Shown: positions 45,432 to 54,266 of the stretch, one piece after another
Layout of the letters: each line of letters opens with the position of its first letter
Position numbering within the stretch: the first letter of the stretch is position 1
Source of the DNA: a virus
Direction: 5' to 3' (one strand)
Virus record (IMG/VR): IMGVR_UViG_3300048999_000192
Location: 64,001-128,000 of that record
Length of the DNA: 64,000 bases
Translations under genes and position numbers: made by a program
Notes under the pieces: generated by a model
The model's input: the letters and a program-made list of their open reading frames with translations, nothing else
Databases searched by the model: none
Told to the model about the DNA's origin: nothing

Positions 45432-45935
45432 ATGGAGATCGCTGCGATCCCCGGATTCAGGCTGAATTCGTGGGGCAGCTCGACCTTCCCGTACTACCGC
45501 GCCACCGGCGTGATGGACGGGCAGGCGGTCGAGTTCACCTACCAGCGCGGCGTGGCCAAGCTGGAGATCGAAGGCACCAAGGTCAAGATCCGCAAGACCT
45601 ACAGCTCCCCTGACTTCGAGCCGCAGGACGACGGCGACTACCAGACCCACCTGGATTTCACCGAGCTCTCCACCCTGCTGGAGGTCATGGTCCCGGAGCT
45701 GCGCACGCGCTCGGCCGAGATCATGAGCGTCAATGGCATCGTCGAGATCAAGGACTTCCTGAGCGAGGTGTCCGCCTACGGCGCCGAGCTCTCCGAGGAG
45801 AGGCACGACGGCTGTGCCTGCTCCAGCGGGATGCGGATGGACATCGGCCCGGTCTCGACCCGCCGGTACCTGACCAACTGGGCGCACCGCCGCTGGATGG
45901 AGGAGCACGGCGACTACGCCGATCTGGATGACTAG
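45432..45935 (+). CDS. Hypothetical protein
   Basis: AAGGAG RBS. Confidence 0.65.
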   Translation: MEIAAIPGFRLNSWGSSTFPYYRATGVMDGQAVEFTYQRGVAKLEIEGTKVKIRKTYSSPDFEPQDDGDYQTHLDFTELSTLLEVMVPELRTRSAEIMSVNGIVEIKDFLSEVSAYGAELSEERHDGCACSSGMRMDIGPVSTRRYLTNWAHRRWMEEHGDYADLDD

Positions 45936-46018
45936 GTGCGTGACGTCCTGAGAGCCTTCAGGTAGCTTTGGGGGAGAGCACCGATCGACCCGCCCCCGGG
46001 TCCGGCTGTGCACCCCCA

Positions 46019-46052
46019 GAAGAGCCCCTGCCACCCCCGGCAGGGGCTCTTC
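46019..46052 (+). terminator. Hairpin terminator ending the early island
   Basis: 14-bp stem GAAGAGCCCCTGCC/GGCAGGGGCTCTTC. Confidence 0.7.
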
Positions 46053-46088
46053 GCTGTGCAGGCCCCTCTCACCCCGAGGAAGAGGTGA
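46053..46088 (+). promoter_or_regulatory. Putative late promoter
   Basis: GCTGT-N21-GAAGAGGTGA. Confidence 0.75.
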
Positions 46089-46102
46089 CAGAGGGGAAGG
46101 TC

Positions 46103-49100
46103 ATGCTGCGGAAGATCGCGACGCTGGAAACGCTGGAGGCGTACCGGGTCCCGGCGCACGCCGACGCACGCGCCCTGCGCAAGGCCGCCCACCGGGTGAG
46201 CTTCGAGTACACCCCCCGCCCGGGGTACCTCTACGTGCGTTCGCGGGCCATCAGCTCCCGGTGCAACGACAACTTCGACGAGTTCCCAGCCGAGGAGATC
46301 GCGAAGGCCTACGCGACCTTCAAGGGCAAGCCGGTGTTCGTCAACCACCACAACGACGACCACCGGCGGATGCGTGGCGTGATCATCGACGCCGCACTGC
46401 ATCAGGATCGCAACCCCGACGGCACCCCGGACACCTGGGCCGAGGTCCTGATGGAGGTCGACGCCAAGACCTTCCCCAAGCTCGCCAAGGCGATCCTGGC
46501 CGGTGAGGTCGACCGTACGAGCATGGGCTGCGACGTCCAGCTCTCGGTCTGCTCGGCGTGCGGCAACAAGGCCACCAACCCGGCGGAGTACTGCCAGCAC
46601 ATCCCGGCCATGAAGGGCCAGCGCATCTTCCGCGCCACCGCCTCCGGCCAGCGCGAGGGGCACCTGGTCCGGGAGATCTGCTACGGCCTGGGCTTCTTCG
46701 AGAACTCCCTGCTCGTCGAGGAGCCCGCCGACCCCACCGCCTACTTCCTCGGCGTGGACGACCGTGGCATGAGGGCGACGGCCACTCAGCACGGCGAAGA
46801 GCCGCCCGGATGGATCAACGACGTCAAGGACCAGGCGGATGAGCTGGCGAGCCGTAACGGCCACAGCATCTCCTGGAAGTACCGAGGCGAGCCCCAGTGG
46901 AAGAGCAGCTCGGGTTACGTCGCAGGCTGGCAGGGCGAATGCGCCAACGATGGGTGTGATGCTCCGGCCAGTCAGACCAGCCGGGCTCACACGGACAAGG
47001 TCCGCACCATCAGCATCCGCGAGGACCAGCCCGGCGAGCTGAAGGACATGATGCCGCCGTTCCTGCGGCGACGCTGCAAGGGGACCACGGTGGAGTCCAG
47101 CCGGAAGACGGCGGCCGAAGATCACTGGGCCATGCCGATCTTCCAGCACTTGAAGGACGCGCACGGCCTGGATGACGATCAGATCGCCGAGGGCATGCTC
47201 GCCGCCGGAGCCGAGCCGAACATGAACCAGGGCATCAAGCTCGACCATCTGTTCCACGCCCACAAGAACCTGCACGGCGGGGACTACCAGACACCGACCG
47301 GCGCGCAGCGGCACGGGCACACCCCCGAGGACCCGCTGATCTCCAGCGAGTTCAGGCCCTCACGCATGCAGATGAATCAGTCGGAGATCTACAACGACAA
47401 GCCCGCCTGGGGACCGAGGAGTCTCGGCCCGTACCGGATGCGGGCGGACGAATACGGCGATTTCAAGCCTCTTCGGCAGTCGCAGAACGCCAAGACGGCC
47501 GACGTCCGCCACAACCCGCAGTACGAGGGCACCCATTGCCTGATGTGCGGCGACCCGGTTCGCTGGAATTCCAACCCGGCCAAGCAGAGCCTGCCCAGCG
47601 GGGGCTGGTACCACCACGACAGCATCAAGCGCGATCACCACGCGCTCCCGGCTGACCCGGAGGCCGTGATGAACGACGTCCCTCGCCAGGACGCCCAGCG
47701 AGACCAGATCGACGCGCAGATCCGCGAGCAGTACGGCTTCGGCCCCAAGCGGCACAAGGACATGCCGCTGGACCCCTTCGTATCCGCCTACGCGCCCGAG
47801 CTGGACGAACTCGGCCCGGTCGAGGCCGCCGCCGGTCCGAAGTACCCCGACCCGGCCGATCACCCGTTCTTCAAGAAGAACCCGATCAACCATCAGCACA
47901 TCGTCGACACCTACAACGAATCCGACGAGGGCACGCGGGCGCAGGGCAAGCGCTGGTACCCCGACGCGCACATCCTGGCCAAGGCGATCGACCCCGAGGG
48001 CAACGCGGCGCGCGGCGCTGGCGTGCTGTCGGCCTACTCCCCACAGACCTCCTGGCCGGTCAACGCCATGAACGCCGCCCGGTCCCTGCAGCGTGGCAAG
48101 GCCATGCAAAAGGGCGAGGGCCAGATCATGGCCAGTCACGCCAAGAGCGCCCAGCGCATCATCGAAGGCGAGCACCACAGCGACGTCTTCAAGGGCCCCA
48201 AGATCCGGGCGTTCGCCCACCTGATCGAGCACGGCGGTGATGACCACTCCGTCGTGGTCGACCGGCACGCGCTCTCGGTGGCCATGGGCAAGCGCGTCAG
48301 CAAGGACGACCTCGCCGACGCGCCGCTGAGCACCCCGCACTACTACGGCCACGTCGAGCGGGCCTACCAGGACGCGGCCAAGCAACTGTCCGGCCAGCAC
48401 GGTGAGACGATCCACCCGCACGAGGTGCAGGCGACCACCTGGCTGCAGCAGCAGAAGCGCAACGCGGTCGACAACGAGACCGCCCGGGGCGGCCAGGGCA
48501 AGGGCCTGATCACCCGGGACAAGAACGACTGGCGCGACTGGGAGAACTACCACCAGAAGAACCACCCGGACCTGCCCAAGAGCCTGCACACCACCAACCC
48601 GCACGCCCCCAAGACCGAGGCGATGCGCAAGGGTGCGCCGTTCGCGGGCTATGAGGACTTCGCGGCGTGTGTCGCGGCCAACCAGGACAAGGACGACCCC
48701 GAGGCCTACTGCGGCTCGATCAAGCACAAGGTCGAGGGTGCCCAGCACACCGCCGCGCACAGGGTCTACGTCGACCAGGCCGAGGGCAGTCACGGCCGGA
48801 TGGTCACCTTCAGCGGCGAGGACAAGGGCGGCTACCTCAGCCGGGGCGACGGCACGTGGATGGCCGAGAACGACAACGGCTCGGTGGTGCACGAGCACCG
48901 CGACCACAAGCGGGCCCTGCGCGGCCTGGCCGATCACTACGGCCTGACCGGCGATCTCGACGTCGAGTACACACACGAGGGCACCGGGAACAGGAAGAAC
49001 TTCACCGTCCCGGGCAAGACGGCCGCGCTGAACGACGTCGTGGCCCCGCCCGAGGTCGACACGCTGCGGGATGAGGAGTGCCCGGTCTGCGGTGAGGTCG

Positions 49101-50620
49101 AGGTCTACGACGGGGAGCGGTGCCCGGTCTGCGGGTTCGTCGCGCCGCCGGAGATGTTCCGCGACCCGGACCTGGAGATGGCCAAGTCGATCGACCTGCG
49201 TCAGGACCAGCAGGCGCAGGCCGGTGACCCGGCGCCAGGCCAGGCCAACCCGGACGTGCCCGGTGGCGGCCTGGTCGACCCGTCCCAGCTCGGCGATGAC
49301 CCGCTGGCCGACCAGCTCCAGCATCCGGACCAGCTCGGCCCGAATGGCGAGATGGGCGAGCCCGGTACGCCAGGCGACGGCACGCCGGACCTGTTCTGCC
49401 CCGCCTGCGGCGAGGGCTTCGACGCGGGCCAGCCGATGACCACCGATGGTGACCCCGCCACGCTGGACGCCAGCGGCCCGGCCGAGGGCACCCCGTGCCC
49501 GAACTGCGGGATGTCCACCCTGCTCTCCCCGAACGACATGGAGGGCATGGGCATCGGCCCCGACGGCGAGCAGGCCGTCGCTGAGGAGGCCGAGGAGATG
49601 GGCGACCGGCCGATGGATGCCGGAACCCCCGAAGAGGACCCGGAGGCTCCCCAGGAGGGTGAGGGGCCGCCAGAGCAGCAAGAGGAGGAGGGGCCGCCGA
49701 CCGAGGAGGACGACGATTCCGACGAGCCTGCTGTGGACGAGGACGACCAGCCCTCGAAGAAGCGAGACGACAAGAATGCAAAGGGAGCGTCCATGAGCAA
49801 GTCCGTCGAGGCGGCGCTGGCGGCGAACACGGCCGCTGTCGGTAGCCTCATGCGCGAGCTGCGCATCGTCCGAGCGCAGAACGACCTGATCGCCAAGGCA
49901 GCCGGTCTGGAGGGCGAGTTCTCCGAGATCCGCCGTCAGGCCGACATCAACAACCCGGCCAGCCCCGTGCCGGACCCGGGCGAGCAGGCCCCGTCCGAGA
50001 CCACGGAAGAGGCGGTCACCCCTGAGGCGGCCGACGACCCGCAGCGTCCCGGCATGACCCCGGGCTCTGTCGGCGGTGTCCCGGCCGAGCAGGTCGACAC
50101 CCCGCTGCGCCCTGGCGTCACCCTCCCGGCGGCACCGGCCACCAACCTGGTCGACGTCACCGCGCCGGTCGCGGGCACCAACACCGGCGAGCTCTCGCCG
50201 GAGCAGACCCGCATCGAGACCGACGTGCGCGTGGGCGACCCGATGGCGAACGCGAACAGCGACGAGTCCAAGATGTTCCCGTGGACCATCGGTGCTCAGA
50301 ACGCCAACCGGACCATGGCCTCCATGCGTCTGGCCGAGCTGCGCATCGCGGCCAACCTCGCCCCTGCGGGCGACCGGTTCGCGCTGGCGGCCTCGATCGA
50401 GACCGACGCCAACCTCCCGGACGCCGCCCTGGCGACCGAGATCCGCACCCTGGAGGCCGTCTCCCGTACGGCCGCCCGCCAGCCGCGCCCGACCAACCTG
50501 GTCCCGCGTGCGGCGGCCACCGAAGGCCGTACGGCCCCGAGCCTGGCTCCCCAGCCGGTCGGTGCCCCGGTCGGCGGCGGCGGGTACGACGACACGGCCG
50601 ACTCCGACCTGTTCTTCTGA
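46103..50620 (+). CDS. Capsid maturation (prohead) protease fused to cargo domains, Zn ribbons and C-terminal scaffold
   Basis: GKPVFVNH, RTSMGC, FFENSLLVEEPADP protease motifs; internal RWY..SAYSPQTSW..GPKIRAF..VVDRHA..VQATTW domain; CPVCG repeats; upstream of capsid genes. Confidence 0.85.
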   Translation: MLRKIATLETLEAYRVPAHADARALRKAAHRVSFEYTPRPGYLYVRSRAISSRCNDNFDEFPAEEIAKAYATFKGKPVFVNHHNDDHRRMRGVIIDAALHQDRNPDGTPDTWAEVLMEVDAKTFPKLAKAILAGEVDRTSMGCDVQLSVCSACGNKATNPAEYCQHIPAMKGQRIFRATASGQREGHLVREICYGLGFFENSLLVEEPADPTAYFLGVDDRGMRATATQHGEEPPGWINDVKDQADELASRNGHSISWKYRGEPQWKSSSGYVAGWQGECANDGCDAPASQTSRAHTDKVRTISIREDQPGELKDMMPPFLRRRCKGTTVESSRKTAAEDHWAMPIFQHLKDAHGLDDDQIAEGMLAAGAEPNMNQGIKLDHLFHAHKNLHGGDYQTPTGAQRHGHTPEDPLISSEFRPSRMQMNQSEIYNDKPAWGPRSLGPYRMRADEYGDFKPLRQSQNAKTADVRHNPQYEGTHCLMCGDPVRWNSNPAKQSLPSGGWYHHDSIKRDHHALPADPEAVMNDVPRQDAQRDQIDAQIREQYGFGPKRHKDMPLDPFVSAYAPELDELGPVEAAAGPKYPDPADHPFFKKNPINHQHIVDTYNESDEGTRAQGKRWYPDAHILAKAIDPEGNAARGAGVLSAYSPQTSWPVNAMNAARSLQRGKAMQKGEGQIMASHAKSAQRIIEGEHHSDVFKGPKIRAFAHLIEHGGDDHSVVVDRHALSVAMGKRVSKDDLADAPLSTPHYYGHVERAYQDAAKQLSGQHGETIHPHEVQATTWLQQQKRNAVDNETARGGQGKGLITRDKNDWRDWENYHQKNHPDLPKSLHTTNPHAPKTEAMRKGAPFAGYEDFAACVAANQDKDDPEAYCGSIKHKVEGAQHTAAHRVYVDQAEGSHGRMVTFSGEDKGGYLSRGDGTWMAENDNGSVVHEHRDHKRALRGLADHYGLTGDLDVEYTHEGTGNRKNFTVPGKTAALNDVVAPPEVDTLRDEECPVCGEVEVYDGERCPVCGFVAPPEMFRDPDLEMAKSIDLRQDQQAQAGDPAPGQANPDVPGGGLVDPSQLGDDPLADQLQHPDQLGPNGEMGEPGTPGDGTPDLFCPACGEGFDAGQPMTTDGDPATLDASGPAEGTPCPNCGMSTLLSPNDMEGMGIGPDGEQAVAEEAEEMGDRPMDAGTPEEDPEAPQEGEGPPEQQEEEGPPTEEDDDSDEPAVDEDDQPSKKRDDKNAKGASMSKSVEAALAANTAAVGSLMRELRIVRAQNDLIAKAAGLEGEFSEIRRQADINNPASPVPDPGEQAPSETTEEAVTPEAADDPQRPGMTPGSVGGVPAEQVDTPLRPGVTLPAAPATNLVDVTAPVAGTNTGELSPEQTRIETDVRVGDPMANANSDESKMFPWTIGAQNANRTMASMRLAELRIAANLAPAGDRFALAASIETDANLPDAALATEIRTLEAVSRTAARQPRPTNLVPRAAATEGRTAPSLAPQPVGAPVGGGGYDDTADSDLFF

Positions 50621-50643
50621 TCGGAATCGGGTAGGAGGTCGCC

Positions 50644-50907
50644 ATGCAGAAGGTAACGATCAAGTCGGGCGCGAAGAACGTCGTGCTGCCCGACGGCAAG
50701 ATGTACCAGGCGGGCGACACTGCCGTGCTCACCGACGAGGAGGCCTCCCAGCTCACCTCGGACGTGGTCACGAACTACCTGACGGCGGCTCCGGTCGCGG
50801 CCAGCGTCGGCGATGTCGACTCCCCGCAGAACGAGGCCACCGTGATCGGCGACGTCAGCTCGGAGTACGAGTCGAACAAGCCCACCAAGGACACCACCTA
50901 CGGCTGA
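50644..50907 (+). CDS. Small head-module protein
   Basis: AGGAGG RBS. Confidence 0.7.
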   Translation: MQKVTIKSGAKNVVLPDGKMYQAGDTAVLTDEEASQLTSDVVTNYLTAAPVAASVGDVDSPQNEATVIGDVSSEYESNKPTKDTTYG

Positions 50908-50993
50908 CCCTCCGGAGGATGGTGACGCGAACGGCCCGGCGGGCTTGGGGAGAGGACCGCCGGGCCGTTTCGCATTTCCGGGGTGATCGGCTT

Positions 50994-51031
50994 GCTGTCA
51001 AAACGGCCTCCGGAGCAGCCTGAAGAGGTGA
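50994..51031 (+). promoter_or_regulatory. Putative late promoter
   Basis: GCTGT-N23-GAAGAGGTGA. Confidence 0.65.
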
Positions 51032-51104
51032 AGGAGCCCGTCTCGCATCGGACATACGAGCGGACGGCAAAGTTGTCCGATAAGAAGAGATGGGAGGTGC
51101 AGGG

Positions 51105-51644
51105 ATGCTGCGGACTCGGCTGAATAACTCGTACATCAAGCGGACGATTCGACCGCTGTACGGGTTCACTCAGGCCACGCCCCAGAGCGTCTTCCTGGAC
51201 CCGTCGTGGGATCGCTCCACGCCGATCTACCCGGGCATGGCGCTGGTCAAGACGACCGGCGACCAGGTCACGCTGTGCGGTGCAGGTTCCGGTGCGGGTG
51301 GGGTTGGCACGGCTGCCAACAACATCCCGGTCGGCCTGTGCGGCCACTACATCGGTGGCGACGGCATTGACGAGCTGCTCGACGTCGGCATGAACATGCT
51401 GGCGAACTGGGTGCTCGCCCCCGACGCTCAGTTCGAGATCCTCGCCCCGGCGTTCGACACCACGGCCGACTGGGCCGGGGCGGACAACGGCGACGGCACC
51501 GAGGACCTGATCTACGTCGCCACGGCCGCCGGATTCATCGGGAAGCTCACGCTGACCGGTGTCCACTCGCCGACGACCGCGCCGGTGGCGCGCCTCGTCA
51601 AGGCGAACTCCGCGACCAAGATCACGATTGCGGGGGTCCGATGA
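51105..51644 (+). CDS. Capsid decoration protein
   Basis: KRTIRPLYG.TQATP..IYPGM motif; immediately precedes the major capsid gene. Confidence 0.7.
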   Translation: MLRTRLNNSYIKRTIRPLYGFTQATPQSVFLDPSWDRSTPIYPGMALVKTTGDQVTLCGAGSGAGGVGTAANNIPVGLCGHYIGGDGIDELLDVGMNMLANWVLAPDAQFEILAPAFDTTADWAGADNGDGTEDLIYVATAAGFIGKLTLTGVHSPTTAPVARLVKANSATKITIAGVR

Positions 51645-52636
51645 GCAGCTACCTGATGCCGTCGGCAAACGGCAGCCTGCGCGGCAAGGTCGCGAAGAAG
51701 TCTGACGACTACGTCGGCCAGATCCTGGCGCGGCGCGAGGGTGGGGCAGGCCCCCTCTCGCACCAGGCCAAGGTCCAGAAGATGGCCATGATCCTCAACG
51801 ACGAGGTCAACGGCTTCCGCCGCCTCGGCGTCGGGATGGTGGGGCCCATCCAGCTCAAGCTGCGCTACCAGGGCATCACCCGGAACGTTCTCGTCGAGGA
51901 CGCCGTCACCCCCGGCACGCCGGTGGAGTACGACGTCTGGGACGACCTCGGCCAGGCGTACCTGATGTCGGGCACGGAGGGCGAAGTTCGCGTAACGCCC
52001 TTCGAGGGCAAGAGGATCCCGGTGCGCTTCTGGCGCATCGCGAGCCGCCCGGCGATCCGCAAGGAAGACCTCTACTACCTGCGGATCAACGCCGTCGAGC
52101 AGGCCCAGGACGAGACCAAGCAGGCCATCCTGAAGGCGGAAGACTCCCGCCTCCTGGTGCTCCTGCAGGCCGCCGTGACGGACTACGCGTCGCGCCCGGA
52201 CCACACGGTCACGCCCAACCACAACATCACCGAGGCGTCGGGCTACCTGACCCCGGGCTCGCTGTACAGCGCGGTCGCGATGACCGACATGCACGAGCTC
52301 CAGTCGGCCCGCATCCTCATCAACCCGTTCGACTTCCGCGACCTCTACCGGTGGGACATCAACGCCACCGGCTGGGCGTTCAAGGACCGGGTGGTCGCCG
52401 GTGAGACCATCACGTCGTTCGGTGAATTCCAGATCCAAAGGTCGATCATCGTCCCCCAGGGGAAGATCTTCCTGACCCCGGAGCCCAATTTCCTGGGCGT
52501 CTTCCCGGTGCTCTACTCGCTCGATGTCGAGGAGAACCACCACGTGGAAGCGTTCTGGAAGGGATGGGTCTTCGACGAGATGGTCTCCATGGCCATTCTC
52601 AACCCGCGCGGAATCGCGACCATCACCAAGTCCTGA
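51641..52636 (+). CDS. Major capsid protein
   Basis: GPIQLKLRYQGI.RNVLVED, TPFEGKR, KEDLYYLR, DLYRWDIN.TGWAFKD, LGVFPV.YSLDVEE, MAILNPRG match the Bxz1-type MCP as recalled. Confidence 0.9.
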   Translation: MSSYLMPSANGSLRGKVAKKSDDYVGQILARREGGAGPLSHQAKVQKMAMILNDEVNGFRRLGVGMVGPIQLKLRYQGITRNVLVEDAVTPGTPVEYDVWDDLGQAYLMSGTEGEVRVTPFEGKRIPVRFWRIASRPAIRKEDLYYLRINAVEQAQDETKQAILKAEDSRLLVLLQAAVTDYASRPDHTVTPNHNITEASGYLTPGSLYSAVAMTDMHELQSARILINPFDFRDLYRWDINATGWAFKDRVVAGETITSFGEFQIQRSIIVPQGKIFLTPEPNFLGVFPVLYSLDVEENHHVEAFWKGWVFDEMVSMAILNPRGIATITKS

Positions 52637-52650
52637 TTCGCGCAATTCTT

Positions 52651-52686
52651 CAGAACGGCTCCCGGCTCCTGTCGGGGGCCGTTCTG
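52651..52686 (+). terminator. Hairpin after major capsid gene
   Basis: CAGAACGGCTCCCG/CGGGGGCCGTTCTG stem. Confidence 0.6.
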
Positions 52687-52797
52687 CATGTGCGAGCAGG
52701 GTTGAGCCCAGCGAAGGGATGAGCCGGGTCACGTCCCCGTCCCCGGCCGATACGCCGCCCGTTCCGTGCACCCCCGTCGCGGGGCGGGCGGCCCCCT

Positions 52798-52833
52798 CCT
52801 GCTCGATGCGCCCTCCGGCCGCCGAAGAGGTGA
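52798..52833 (+). promoter_or_regulatory. Putative late promoter
   Basis: CCTGC-N21-GAAGAGGTGA. Confidence 0.6.
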
Positions 52834-52857
52834 GCCAGCCGTCGTAGGAGGAGACCC

Positions 52858-53640
52858 ATGCCGATCCCCAGCCATCACAACCCAGGGGATGCGGGGCACG
52901 CCGCCGACCACAACGCGATCGTTGACACGCTGACGAGCCAGGCAGGGGCGATCTCGACCCTGCAGAGCACGACCGTCGGCCTGTTCTACGTGGCGGGCGG
53001 CAACGTCACCAACATCGCCGACGGCACCACGACGTTCTCGCGCATCAACCTGCCGACCGGTGATCGTTCCAGCGCGGCCGACACCGTCCAGTACTACCAC
53101 GGATCGAACAAGATCTCCTGGTTTGACGGCTATGGGCGCTTCCGCACCAAGACCGACGACCCGACCCACGTCCCCTCTGTCATCGACTCCGCCAGCGGCC
53201 AGACGGCGAACCTGGGCGAGTGGCGCGTCAACGGCGTCCTGAAGGCCAATGTCGACGCCAACGGCAACCTGGCGGCGACCAACGTCGGCTGGGGAGCCTG
53301 GACGGCCCTCACGCTCGCCTCGGGCTACAAGCGGAACCCCGACTTCGGCAATGCCATCCAGTACCGGATCAGCAAGGCGGGCGACGAGGTCCAGCTCCGG
53401 GGCAACATCGTCAAGACGAGCGGGGCCGACTTCTCCAGCAGCCCCTCCCAGATCGCCACGCTGCCCGCCGGGCTGCCCGCCCCGCCCAGCCACGTGTACA
53501 AGGTCTGCGCTGCCCAGTTCTCCGGTACCGAGCATTCCATCCGGGCCGAGGTGCACGCGGACAAGACGCTCTGGATCTACTACGGCTACACGCCGAACTG
53601 GATCTCGATCGACGGGCTGTCCTACTCGCCGCTGTCGTAG
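52858..53640 (+). CDS. Virion fibre/minor structural protein
   Basis: GHAADHNAI N-terminus; C-terminal VQLRGNI..IATLPAG..ISIDGLSY fibre-tip-like domain. Confidence 0.65.
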   Translation: MPIPSHHNPGDAGHAADHNAIVDTLTSQAGAISTLQSTTVGLFYVAGGNVTNIADGTTTFSRINLPTGDRSSAADTVQYYHGSNKISWFDGYGRFRTKTDDPTHVPSVIDSASGQTANLGEWRVNGVLKANVDANGNLAATNVGWGAWTALTLASGYKRNPDFGNAIQYRISKAGDEVQLRGNIVKTSGADFSSSPSQIATLPAGLPAPPSHVYKVCAAQFSGTEHSIRAEVHADKTLWIYYGYTPNWISIDGLSYSPLS

Positions 53641-53666
53641 CGGGTAGCCGGGCTGAGAAGGTGTGA
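53631..53666 (+). promoter_or_regulatory. Putative late promoter (variant)
   Basis: GCTGT-N21-GAAGGTGTGA. Confidence 0.55.
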
Positions 53667-53696
53667 CAAGGACTCGATTTCCTCCAGGAGGACCCC

Positions 53697-54251
53697 ATGC
53701 AGTTCGGCGGCACGGTGATGGCTCGCAACCTGATGGACGGCCCGACCGTCCTCTCCAGCGACCCCAAGGGCACCTTCGAAGTCCGTTGGGAGGGCAGGGG
53801 CGACCGGAACGGCGGCGACATCCAGTACATCCCGGATGAGATGCTGCGCATCCCGGCGTTCGCCCGTGCGGTCAAGCTGGGCGTCATCGAGATCGCCAAC
53901 CCGGAGGAGAACCCGGAGCTGCTGTCGGCCCTGGACAAGCAGGCGGCGGCGTTCCACCGGCTCCAGGAGAAGGCCCAGGAGGACATCCGGGCCACGATCG
54001 ACGACACCAAGGGCCGGGAGATGGTGATGCTCTCCTGCGTCGGCCCCTCGGCCAAGGGTCAGGGCGAATGCGGCGAGCTCGTCTCGATGTATGAGACCGA
54101 GAAGAACGAGAACCCGCCGCTGTGCCACCGCCACACCAACCTCGCATCGGAGTTCGTGCCGGTGAACGAGGGCCAGGACGAGCGCGAAAACAAGAAGGTC
54201 CGGTGGATCCGGGGCGTCATGAGCGACACCCCCATCGGCCTGCAGGTCTAA
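53697..54251 (+). CDS. Conserved head-module protein
   Basis: AGGAGG RBS; CVGP..C..PPLCHRH. Confidence 0.7.
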   Translation: MQFGGTVMARNLMDGPTVLSSDPKGTFEVRWEGRGDRNGGDIQYIPDEMLRIPAFARAVKLGVIEIANPEENPELLSALDKQAAAFHRLQEKAQEDIRATIDDTKGREMVMLSCVGPSAKGQGECGELVSMYETEKNENPPLCHRHTNLASEFVPVNEGQDERENKKVRWIRGVMSDTPIGLQV

Positions 54252-54266
54252 GGAGGAAAGAGCCTC

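Noticed and set aside
46103-50620. Inteins explaining the large size of the protease and other polyproteins
   Set aside because: No recognisable Hint blocks (N-terminal C/S block, terminal HN-C/S/T) or LAGLIDADG motifs were seen
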